64,000 nucleotides of DNA from Octopus sinensis (lineage: Eukaryota): NCBI RefSeq assembly GCF_006345805.1, contig NC_043001.1:119970001-120034000 (forward strand), read 5' to 3'. Position numbers and translations under genes: made by a program. The notes under the pieces were generated by a model, which saw nothing but the letters and a program-made list of their open reading frames with translations, had not been told where the DNA came from and did not search any database. Shown piece after piece: positions 38,932-50,733 of the stretch (position 1 is its first letter; each line of letters opens with the position of its first letter).

Positions 38932-38971
<40 letters not shown>

Positions 38972-39019
38972 TAGATAGATAGATAGACAGTCAGACAGAC
39001 AGATAGATAGATAGATAGC

Positions 39020-39115
<96 letters not shown>

Positions 39116-39170
39116 TAGATAGATAGATAGATAGGCAGACAGACAGACAGATAGATAGATAGATAGATAT

Positions 39171-39231
<61 letters not shown>

Positions 39232-39235
39232 TAGA

Positions 39236-39271
<36 letters not shown>

Positions 39272-39304
39272 TAGATAGATAGATAGATTGATAGATAGAC
39301 AGAC

Positions 39305-39367
<63 letters not shown>

Positions 39368-39378
39368 TAGATAGATAG
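38719..39378. repeat. (GATA)n/(GACA)n compound tract, ~660 bp
   Basis: Direct reading. Confidence 0.95.
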
Positions 39379-39959
39379 GTGTCTCTGAGAACTCTTGAAT
39401 AATTAAACTGGTTACGGTAACTACGTTGATATGCTATTTACTATGGTTCTGTCGCAGCTTAACAGACCTCCAAGAGTGAATGCATCTATGTGTGAGATGG
39501 TCCTTCATATGTTCTGCATCTGGGAGACTACTTGTGTGTTTAGTAGCCAGTGCAGCTGAAGTGTCAGTCTGCTGTTGTTTGCTCTAACCGGACACGTTCA
39601 GCAGCAGCAGCAGCAGCAGTAGCAGCAGCAGCAACACTTGTAGTAGTTGTTGCCATTTAGCATCAGGTCACCTCTGATGGCAAAAGACTTTCCATTTGTG
39701 ACCATCTTGTTTTCTTGTATATCGAGGAGGACTACGTTGTCCAATGTATACTTTCTCAAGACAGTACTTCGTGATTTAAGGGAGATTTGGTTGCGTTTTC
39801 TAACCAGTCAAGCTACCACTTAATGGCGTTTCTCTTTCGCTTGTGGTGGTCGTGGCGAAGGCGTTGTCTTTACAATATTGGTGGTCGTGGGAGCGGGTGT
39901 GGTAGAGATGGTATCGGTGCTAATAGTAATAATTATTTCAAATTTTTGCCACAAGGGCA

Positions 39960-40285
39960 GCTTGGGGATGGTGGGGATGAACCGATTACATTGATTCCAA
40001 TGTTCAGCTGATACTTATTTTATCGACCCCGATAGGATGAAAGGCAAAGTCGACCTCGGCGGAACATAGCGAGGGGCGAAGTACCGCTATGCATTTCGTC
40101 CAGTGTGCTAACGATTCTTTTCTACTCTAGGCACAAGGCCCGAATTTTTTTGTGGAGAGGGCCAGTCGATTAGATCGACCCCAGTACACAACTGGTACTT
40201 AATTAATCGACCCCGAAAGGATAAAAGGCACAGTCGTCCTCAGCGGAATTTGAACTCAGAACGTAAAGACAGACGAAATGCTAAT
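39960..40285 (-). mobile_element. Two tandem SINE family A copies
   Basis: The reverse complement of the A core occurs twice (~39960-40115 and 40116-40285). Confidence 0.75.
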
Positions 40286-40384
40286 AGTAATAATAATAGT
40301 TGATAATGATATTAGTGGTTGTTGTTGTGGTTATGGTGATATTAGCGGTAAAAATAATGTTTGCAGTATTAATGCTGACGAAAT

Positions 40385-40560
40385 AGTTGGTATCATTTCG
40401 TCTGTCTTTACGTTCTGTGATCAAATTCCGCCGAGGTTAACTTAGCCTTTCAATCTTTCGGGATGGACAAACTAAGTACCAGTTGAGCACTGGGATCGAT
40501 GTATTGAGGGCAATGTAATCGACTCGTCCCCTACCTTCAAAATCGCTGGCCTTTTGCAAA
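40385..40560 (+). mobile_element. SINE family A copy, inverted relative to its neighbour
   Basis: A core on the plus strand. Confidence 0.75.
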
Positions 40561-40735
40561 ACTTACAATGAATTAATATCAGATGTAAATTTAATGAAAA
40601 CGATAACGATGGTGGTGATGTTTTTGTTGTTGTTGTTGGTGGTGGTGGTGGTGAGGGCGGTTTTAGTAAAGATCCTTACCTTCCGATAGGAAATTTTTGC
40701 TGCTATTTAGATTGAAAAGGGAATTTAAATGCCTT

Positions 40736-40737
<2 letters not shown>

Positions 40738-40768
<31 letters not shown>

Positions 40769-40870
40769 ACTACTACCACCACCACCACCACCATCACCAT
40801 CACCACCACCACCACCACCACCACCACCACCACCACCACCACCACCACCACCACCACCACCACCACCACC

Positions 40871-40912
<42 letters not shown>
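40738..40912. repeat. (ACT)n-(ACC)n-(ACT)n compound trinucleotide repeat
   Basis: Direct reading. Confidence 0.95.
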
Positions 40913-41970
40913 GATTGTTGTTGCTGCTACACGGTGGGATTGGACCCAAAACTACGTGGCTGTGAAGCATACAGCTAAGCATGCACATGTATACACACAA
41001 GCCTCGGATGTATACATACGTACATAAATATTCGTTTCATTTTTATTACTACGCACACAAACTCATACACACTTACACACGCGCGCGCATTTATACACAC
41101 ATCTTCAATTTTTACCTTTCGTTGGTCCAAAGGAAGATCTATCGATTTTATTTCTTTAGCTATTTACACATTCAGACTATTTTCATATGTAAAAATCTTC
41201 ATCTTTAGAATTCGCTGAGAAGTATTGCTACAGCTTTTGATGGTCCGTATTCTGTCGTTATTTTCTGGTTTGATTTCCTTGCGTTTTGCTGTATAATATT
41301 TGTGTTTTGTTTGCCTAAAAGCCTGTCTTTATCATTTACGTTCTCAATGTTTCAAGCGTTAATGTTTGCCTTTTTATCGTTTGGTTTTTGGCCATTATAT
41401 ATTTCTTGTGTTATCTTTATTTTACTGTTCTATTTTTATGTTCAATGTTGTTTTGCTTTTTTTTTATTTGATGATAAATCTTCTTTTGAAGGATTCATAT
41501 AGAATAGAATATGACAGTTGTTTCTTTTTTTATTTTTGCCACTCCGTGTCTGCGCTCTATCTAAGTGTCTTTTAGTCCTATAAAAACCGTTTCGGTGTTG
41601 TTTCTAACTTCCATATGACAACTGTAATAACGTTTAATGGCTCACGTAAAGCTTTCTTAGTTCTCTACTCCAACTCCAAATATCTTTATTATAATTTTTG
41701 CTTCTTTTGCTTCAACCCAGTTACCTTTTGTAACAGAATAAAAAACCTATGATTTTTCTAACTTTGCTGTTTCTCTTTGTCTTTTTATATCATGATGAAA
41801 TCTAGTCCTCTGGCCTCGAATCAATTATATAAATATAAATGCCACTGGATCTTCAATGACTTCTGATTACCTCTCGAGCTCATGAATTTGCATTTCTGAG
41901 GGGCAGACCGGAGCAAGGTGTTTTCTATGGAAAGCCAACAGCTTTCTGTAAAACGTCTCTGTCTGTCTGT

Positions 41971-42006
<36 letters not shown>

Positions 42007-42969
42007 GTACTGTAGATATTGTTTCAAAGAAAGGCAATAGTTTATACAGCTAGACAATAGTGCTATCGCAGTCATTATAATCAAAACTCAAAACCTTGGT
42101 GGAATTTGAGCTCAGAACGAAAAGACAGACGAAATGTTGCTAAGCCTTTTGCCTGGCGTGCTTAACGATTCTGTCAGCTCGACGCTTGAATCGAACAAAT
42201 ATTTTCATTGACAGTTTCTTACTATCATTTTAATTTTATTTTGACTGCACACTTTCTGTCATTACACAACATCCTTGGCCATAACTGATAAAAGGCAGCA
42301 AAACCGAATTGAAAATAGCCAGTTTGGCTTTTTTATAACAATTTATCCTCTTCTGAGGATCCATTGATGGAGTAGCGCATTTCTAAGCCAGGACATGCAA
42401 GTCTAGTATCCAATTCAGCCTCCTGTTTCCCATCACTCGTGACCACGACTCTGGTATACTTTAAAATTCCCAACTTGCCTCAGAGATGTTCCACTAATAT
42501 GCTGAGAGCATTGGAAAGGCTTTCTTGAGAGAGTTAATGTCTCAGTCTTCGCAACACTTATTCTCATTCCTGTCTTGCAGCACTCAACAGCAAACCCATT
42601 CAGGTCACGATAGGGAATCCATCCGGAAAGTATAATGAAGGCTGCTTCTGATAGAACCCGTGGAGGAGGTGACTAAGGACTCAACCCTCACGACCCTTCA
42701 ATGAGTAGTGGGTGGAGAAGATGGACAGAAGGGGAGAATGCAGATTTCCTCATAACGTCTCATAATGCATCCTTTTGAACCCTCTTTCCATCTTTTTTCT
42801 GCGCAATGTTCTTGTTGTATTCACATACTTTACGTCGCAAGTGTTACTGTCAGAACACAAAGAACCAGGAACAGATACTCCAAGACATCAGTTATGGTAA
42901 ATATCTGCCTTTCATCAGTACCAGTTAGTTATATGGAAACCAGATTCCATCATAATATGTCTTTCATAT

Positions 42970-43330
42970 TTCACTCGTTTCAGTCATTATACGGCATTCA
43001 TGTTGGGGCACCGCACTGAAGGGTCGAGGCGAACAAATCGACACCAGTATTTATTTCTTAAGTTTTGTACTTATTCCAACCGTTTCTTTTGTTGAGAACC
43101 GCTAAATAACGGGATTGCCCGGTGGGGAGGGTGTAGGGATAAACACAAAGGCGCATACACACTTATGTGAAAAACAGCTTCCACGCAGTTTTCCATCTAC
43201 TAAATTCAATTCCAAGGTATTGGTCGGTCTAGGGCTATATTAAAAAAAAACACTTACCCAAGGTGCTACGCAGTGAGACTGAACTCGAAAACACGTGGTT
43301 GCGAAGCGAGCTTCTTCAATAGGCCGCTAT
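42970..43330 (-). mobile_element. Diverged SINE family B copy
   Basis: Recognisable B tail, body and head on the minus strand. Confidence 0.65.
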
Positions 43331-43609
43331 GATATTTCACCATACTTCCTTCTCCTGTCTCTTTCACTAGTGCCATTCTAACAAACATTACCCTATCTCT
43401 TTCCTGCTGCTACAACAACGAAAACATGCACACTTTCATACAAGGAAAAATTAACTCGCGAAAATTTTGTGTCCACCGTGATATGGCTATACATATTAAG
43501 TAACGGTAAATTAAATATATGCTATCTACAACTTCGACCACTGTCCTTATTCCTTGAAGTCCAACACAACGACGTTCACATCAGCTTTCTCTTCTTCAAC
43601 ATCCCACCT

Positions 43610-43672
43610 GTTACAATTGGTGAATCCCCCGACAAAAGCCGTTACAATTGGTGACTACGCCGTCAAAAGCCG

Positions 43673-43677
<5 letters not shown>
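43610..43677. repeat. 31-bp tandem repeat, ~2.2 units
   Basis: GTTACAATTGGTGA.....CC..CAAAAGCC at 43610 and 43641, with a partial unit at 43672. Confidence 0.8.
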
Positions 43678-43702
<25 letters not shown>

Positions 43703-43705
<3 letters not shown>

Positions 43706-45940
43706 GTGAGAATTTACGAAAAAACAAAAAACGAAGACGGGTGTGTAAACAATAAACAGATGTATTAGTTTAACGCTCGGGAAGTAAGAAAGTCTTTTTA
43801 TGTTTCCAGCCTACGCTCTTTGACAGAAAGGGACACAGAAATAAACAGGGAGAGAAAATAAAAAAGGTTTAGTGGCTGACGATCTATCATGGCGAATGCC
43901 GGACAGAGGAGTCACACAGGAAAGCTAGGGAGAAGTGGAGATAATAAAGTAGTGGTGATCCCAAAACGAAAGTGCGCGTGCGTTTGTATGTGAGAGTGCG
44001 TATGTGCGTGTGGAAGGGTGCTGGTGACCTTCACGTGTGCATGTGTAGGTGTGTGGATGATGGAATGGGTGCTGGGAAGTGGTCAGTGCTAGTGTGTACA
44101 TGGTGATGTGATGTGGTGTGGTGTGGTGTGGTGTCGTATGGTGGTGAGTGGTGTGGTGGTGTGGTGTTGTAGTGTGTGGAGTGGTGGTGTTAGGGTGGGG
44201 GAATCGAGAGTGGGGGAAGCAAGGGTGGAGTGTAAGGGATGGGGTGAGGTGGGATGGTGGGGTTGGAATGTGTAGGTGTGGGGTAACGAGAGAGGGGGTG
44301 ATGATGAAGGGAGAAGGTGGGTAGGAGTGAAGAGAGAAGTAGGTGTCAGAGCAAGACAGGCGAGGTGGGCGGGAGGAAGTAGGTGTGAGAGAAGAGGAGG
44401 GTTAGATGAAGAGGGAGGAGAGTTGAGCCCATGTGACCCATAGGAGCGAAGAGAGAATATTAATCCCTGTTCACGGCGAAGACGGGAGTCCAGATGGCCC
44501 CTGTGTAAGGACAATCCGAACACAGAGAGGTATTGTAAAGAATGACCGGAAGAGCAGAGCGGAAATGATGGAGGAATTGGGAGTAGGGGTTGGAGATCTT
44601 GGTGTGTTTAGGCTGGGTGGAGGAGAAGTTGAGGTTTAAGTGTGAGTCTGTGCGTTTGTAGTGGATAGAGGTGGTGAGAGTGGAGTGATGAATGCTGACC
44701 GAAATGTCGAGAAAGGCGACTGAAGTGTCGGAAATAGTGCAGAAGTGGAGGGCAGGATAGAAAGATTCAGGAATGGGACTTGTGAAACTTGAGAATATTT
44801 GGACCTCAACGTAGCTAATGAACAGGTTCGCATAGTTGGGGCCCATTCTCGTTCCCATGCCACTCCCGAGACCTACTGGTAAAAATCACCCGCGAATGAG
44901 AAGCAGTTAAATGTGAGGACAAGTTCAACCAGACGAAAGAGTGTGGATGTATCAGGTTGGGGGTTGGGTCGAAAATCAACGAAATGCTGGAGTGCACGCA
45001 GCTCCTTGTGGTGAGGAATCACCGTGTATAGGCTCTTGATGTCAAAAGTGAAGAGAAGTTTAGAAGGGCCAAGAGGGAAGGAGAAAGAGTTGAACAAACG
45101 AAAAGCATGGCTTGTGTGATGAATGTGAGAGGGGAAGGAAGCCACTAGGGGACAAGTACACGGTCAAAATATCTGGAGATGAGTTCGATGGGAAAGTTGT
45201 AGGTGGAAACGATGGGGCAGCCAGGGTTGTTAGGCTTGTGGATTTGGGGGACGAAGTAAATTGTGGGGATGCGAGGGGTGCGGACAATGAGGTTAGAAGC
45301 GGAGAGGGAGACGGGAGGAGGAGATGAGGTCATGGATAGTGGAGTACACAGTCTGTTGGTAGCTGGGCGTGGGATTAGAGGGCAGAGGGCAGTAGAGGTG
45401 TCTTGAAATTGGCGGAGAGCTTCCGCCTTGTAGAGGTCTGCGTGCCACAACACCATGGTTCCACCCTTGTCGGTCAGTTTTATGATGATGTCCGTGCGGC
45501 GTCGGAGACATCGAAGGGCCGAGAGTTCGGCTGGGGAGATGTTTAGATGTCGGGAACGCTTGGAAAAGTCAAACCAGTCCACAGCGCGCAAACAGATCAA
45601 CTGCTTGGAACTGGCCAGGAGCTGGCGTCCACTAGGATGGTCGGCGGCCCAAGTCAGTGAAGCAGTCCTTCTCATTAGATACAGGTGGAGTGTCGCAGAA
45701 AAGCACACACAACGTAACGCGGCGCACAAAGCACGAGTCCGAAATTCATTGCTGGATGGAGCGAGGGGGATGAAGCGCAGACCCCTACTGAGAGGACAGT
45801 GCTCTACCCCAGAGAGGGGGAGATCTGGAGGAATGGTAACAATAGACTGAAGTGGAGAAGGGGTGGAAGGCTGGGAGGGAGGGAATGAGGGGTATGTGGG
45901 TAGGGCTTGGGAGGGACGGGGTTGGTGAGGATGGGAGAGC

Positions 45941-45941
<1 letters not shown>
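43703..45941 (-). mobile_element. Penelope-like retroelement, internally deleted and decayed
   Basis: IIIKLTDKGG, PRIPTIYFVPQIHKPNNPGCPIVS, FDIKSLYTVIPH, MGTRMGPNYANLF, FLDISV, YKRTDSH, and the GIY-YIG tail REQGLIFSL....GLN. The YIDD region and the start of GIY-YIG are missing. Hammerhead-like relic at 43794-43830. Confidence 0.85.
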
Positions 45942-45998
<57 letters not shown>

Positions 45999-46420
45999 GA
46001 ATCATACAATATACATACATTCATCTGTTTATCTTTCTCTCGCTCAGTGCGTATGCGTGTGAGAGAGAGAGAGAGAGAGTGTGTGTGTGTGTGGAAATTG
46101 ATAACCAGAAAGTTCGTAAAGTGTACAATCCTCTACTTCCCAAATCAGATTTAGATCAGTAATATAATGTAGAAATCAAAGAGAAAACCGACCAGTTGGT
46201 ACTCTCGAAAAGAGTCCCCGATGATATTTACCATATTGAGTTGTTCAGACAATACCGTGTCATACTCCCCTCTGTAAACACATTGATCTATTGAGTGAGC
46301 CCGCTGAAAAGCATGTAACCAACGGAGCTTTTGTTCTCCGAAAAATTATACAGAATACAAAGGAAATATTGAAATCGACACCAGAGGACTGATTTATGTT
46401 TACCTCTACATAAATAAGCG

Positions 46421-46560
<140 letters not shown>

Positions 46561-47604
46561 ACTGACAGACTGATTGAGAGAGAGGTTCCTCACTGAAAGA
46601 ACTGTTTCCCAAATACAACAAAGTGTTCGCAATGGATATAAACCTCCATAAGCCAATAATACTTATCCTTTAACAACTCCGTTATATTGCCATCTACACA
46701 TTTTCGTCTAATTAAATTATTAGCTTTGAATCAACGGGTTTCAAATGTCTAGAAGCATTGTATGAAGCCGAAATATATTTATTATGATTAATTTGTTACA
46801 CATGCGTTTGAAGCAACTTGATGGTTCTAAGATGAGTTAATAACGATGTTCTTCCTACTGTTTAGAAATCTTAATTTGTTTTTTCTTTATCCACGCAAGT
46901 AATTTTAATTATTCTCAACATTTTCTGGTTGAACTTCTATGATTTAATTTTAAGCAATTCCTTCCGTGGTTTTGACTGCGATAAAATACAGTGTAAATAC
47001 TACGTGTATACACACGCGTTTGTGTATCTCTATGTAAATTTAATAATCGCTCAAGTTTATACGAAAGGAATGAGTTCCTTCTTGATATCGTTTGAAGCAG
47101 AGCATTATGGAGCTTAGGAAGTTATGTTGTTTAGTTACTTTTGAAGAATTGAAAGCTGCAAAACAATTAATGAATGTGTGTGTGTGTGTGCGCGTGTGTG
47201 TTTGTGTATTTACGTATGTATGCTTGTGGAGAGGAATGGAGAGAAACAGAAAGAAGGATAAATTGAGAGAGAAGACAGGTAGAGAAGTACTCGAAAAAAA
47301 GGAGAAAAAGTAGAGATACTAAAGATAACAGAGAAAGAAAGGCATACACGTGCAAACACAGGAAGCAAGGGAGAGCAAGAGAAAGAGCTTGGAAGAAAAA
47401 GGAGAGCTGGAGAAAAGCCAGCAAGAGGAGCAAAAGGAGTGGCAAATACTCCCTTCTTCTGAGAACTCAATATTTATTCCACTTGTTTTATTTGTATTAT
47501 ACATCTACGGATCACTAACTTCCTTGGATTATACTGTTTTATTAATAATAATGATGATTTGAAATCATCATCATCATCATCATCATCGTTGTTATTATTG
47601 TTAT

Positions 47605-47812
47605 GCGAGCTGGCAGAATCGTTAGCACGTCGGGCAAAATGCTTAGCGGCATTTCGTTTTCTTTTACCTTTTGAGTTCAAATGCCGTCGAGGTCGACTTT
47701 GCCATTCATACTTTCGGGGTCGATGAAATAAGCACCAGTTGAGCACTGGAGTCGGAGTTTTCGATTATCCCACTCCACCAAAATTTCAGGTCTTGTGCTT
47801 ATAGTAGAAAGG

Positions 47813-47815
<3 letters not shown>
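47605..47815 (+). mobile_element. SINE family A with (ATT/ATC)n tail to ~47931
   Basis: Full head and core, ending GTAGAAAGG(ATT)n. Confidence 0.88.
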
Positions 47816-47856
<41 letters not shown>

Positions 47857-47931
47857 CATCATCATCATCATCATCATATTCATCATCATCATCATCATCA
47901 TCATTATTATTATTATTTGTTTATTATTATT

Positions 47932-48062
47932 ATACTTACCTGGCACAGGGGGAAACCACTATCAGCAAGGTGGTTTTCCCAGAGTGAGGCCCTTCCATTG
48001 CATTCCGGTTGGGTTGACGTTTGCGATCGCCCCAAATGTGGGTGACTCGGTGCGTTATTTCT
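47932..48062 (+). pseudogene. U1: U1 snRNA retro-pseudogene, 3'-truncated at the Sm site
   Basis: Starts ATACTTACCTGG; stem-loop I GGAAACCAC-TATCAGCAAG-GTGGTTTTCC; loop II CCATTGCATTCCGG; stem-loop III CCCCAAATGTGGG. No stem-loop IV. Followed by (TTA)n. Confidence 0.9.
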
Positions 48063-48063
48063 C

Positions 48064-48132
<69 letters not shown>

Positions 48133-48489
48133 TGCTAGTGCATTCTAATTTAGTTAAATATTTCACTTTGAAGTTTGGTGACAACAAGTCTCCTCAAATC
48201 TCAAGAATCTTCCTTAAGATTCTTGCAGGATGTAGGATAGTATTTTCTGCGAGTTTCAATTCCAATCTCTTTTAATCTTTTAGGCATAATTTTAAGTTCT
48301 GTGCCAAGTGCATCAATTACTACAGATGATTTAATACTGTTTGTTTATTTTGTCCTATACGAATATACCCGGTTATTTTGCTTCAATAGTATGGTCAGAA
48401 TTTATGGGGAAATCTTACAAGATCTTGTGATTCTCATTTTTTTTTTTATTAAAATATCTCTGCTACGTTGTTCATAACACAGAAGGATA

Positions 48490-50185
48490 AATGCAATCTT
48501 AGAAAAAAAGAAGGCGAAGGAAAGACACAGGAAGGAACTGCAAAGGAAGTACAACATAATGCAGAAAGGACTGCAAATAGTTAAAGAAGAACTAAAACAA
48601 AAAAATCAAAGCAGCGTCGATAAAAAAAAACAAAACAGATTCCAACAGGGAACAGATAAGTACCAGCAGAATAGACTTTTCAAGAATCCTATAAACAACT
48701 GAACAGTGAAGAAGAGCATCAGGGAAATGATATATCATGTTGGAGCAGCAAGGAAATTCTGGGCAAAAATCTGAAGCAAACATAATATAAAAGCAGACTG
48801 GTTGCGGGAAATTTAAAAGAGAAATGGAAGCTGGAGTGACACAAGAATATATAACAATGACAAATAAGAAAATAAAAGAGACAATCACGGAAAAGAAAGT
48901 CAAAGAGATAATAAGGAATAAAGCAAATTGGAAAGCCCCCCCCCAGTTCAGATGGCTTACTGGGTTTCTGGCTCAAAAACCTCCCAAGTTTACACTTTTT
49001 TATACGACCATCTTTTACTTACTGCATAGAAGATGGAACTCCCAACATGGATGACAAAAGAAAGGACAGTACTGATGCAGAAGGACAAAGAAAAGAAAGT
49101 CAGCAATTATAGACCTATTACTTGCTTATCATTACTCGGACTTCATGGCAGATGAAGTATATGATTTTCCGGAAAAGAACCTACTACCAGAGGTGAAAAA
49201 AAGGATGTAAATCAAGGAGTAGAGCTGATCTGCTATAAATAGGTAGCAGAATATTAAATGAGGTACAGGTAAACAGGAAGAATTTAGCTTTTGAATGGAA
49301 GGCTTACGACAATGTCCCACACAGCTGGCTCTTGAAGTGTATGAGGATGCTCGGAGTGCAAATGAATAGCTAGGTAATATGAAAATAGGCCGGGGAATTT
49401 TTCATGGAGACTCGCTCTTTCCGTTACTCCTCGTAATTGCGTTAATTCTGCCAACAACTATGCTGAGAAAATCCAAGCCAGACTATGAGTTTACCAAAAC
49501 GAAGATGAAAATAAATACCTACTTCATATTGATGGTCTTAAGAAATGTACAAAACATGAGACAGACTTGAATTCTCTGATCCAAAGAGTGAGAGTATTCA
49601 ATAAAGAAATTGGAATGCAGTTTGGGGAAAATACGTGCGCAGTACTAGTTATAGAGAGAGGCCGGAAAATGAAGTCTGATGGCATAAAATTTGTACAAGA
49701 AAACATCATTAGATCGCTGTGGAATGATGAGGAGTATAAATACATAGGAATGCTACAAGATAGGTGGATAATGGAAGGAGAAATATGAGAGAGTGAGAGA
49801 GTCACTAAAGAGTAAAAAAGGAGAATCAGGAAGGTACTCGAAATATAATTAAATGGAGGGAACATCATTAAGGCCATCAATACATGGGCTATTCTCGAAT
49901 TGAGATACTCCGCTACCTTTCTGAAATGGGTAAAGATTGAACTGCGAAACCTGGACAGCAGAACTAGAATATTGCTCACAATGTACAACGCACTCCGACC
50001 TAAAAGTAATACCAACCGACTCTACCTACCAAGAAAAGAAGGTGGCAGAGAATTACTAAAAGCAGAAGACACTGTTAGTACTGCGATACAGGGTCTGGAA
50101 AATTGTATCGCGCGGAGTAAAGAAAGATTACTTTCGGCAACCAAAGCTACTCAAAAGGTGACTGAAACAGGAGAATTCAAGAGCA
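48490..50185 (+). mobile_element. Old R4/Dong-like RLE LINE, fragmented
   Basis: KGLQIVKEELKQKIKA, YQQNRLF, NWKAP, NYRPITCL, KAYDNVPHSW, GIFHGDSLFPLL, RLYLPRKEGGR. Many lesions. The 3' part is absent. Confidence 0.8.
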
Positions 50186-50239
50186 CTGTCGCTGTGAAAA
50201 CGATTATCTTCCATGTAAATATGCATAACTTTATTCGAT

Positions 50240-50374
50240 TTTGTACATAGACTAGTACACACTACTAGTGTGTTTATTTTAATGGCATTTCAATGTATTC
50301 AGAGAGGCTTTTGCTCTGTGTGTCGAGAAAACAATCGGCAAGAAAATGGAAACACAATTGAAAGAAGAAAAACC
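50240..50374 (+). mobile_element. Isolated 3'UTR of the R4/Dong-like family, followed by (AAT)n (50375-50516)
   Basis: Aligns to 52975-53091 (TTTAATGGC..., TCGGCAAGAAA.TGGAA....TTGAAAGAAGAAAAA). Confidence 0.65.
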
Positions 50375-50392
50375 AATAATAATAATAATAAC

Positions 50393-50500
<108 letters not shown>

Positions 50501-50513
50501 TAATAATAATAAT

Positions 50514-50633
50514 AATTCTTTCTACTGGAGGCAGAAGGCCTGAAATGGTGGGGGACGGGGCTACTCGGTTACATCGGCCCTAATATTTAATTGGTATTTA
50601 ATTTATCGATCCCAATGGATGAAAGGCAAAGTC
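50514..50633 (-). mobile_element. SINE family A 3' half
   Basis: Reverse complement of the A tail and core. Its (ATT)n tail is the 50375-50516 tract. Confidence 0.7.
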
Positions 50634-50663
50634 AATAATAATAATGATAATATAATAATAATA

Positions 50664-50733
<70 letters not shown>

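Noticed and set aside
43610-43677. Repeat-spacer-looking 31-bp units
   Set aside because: Only ~2 units, and the variable parts are similar to each other, so this is a simple tandem duplication.
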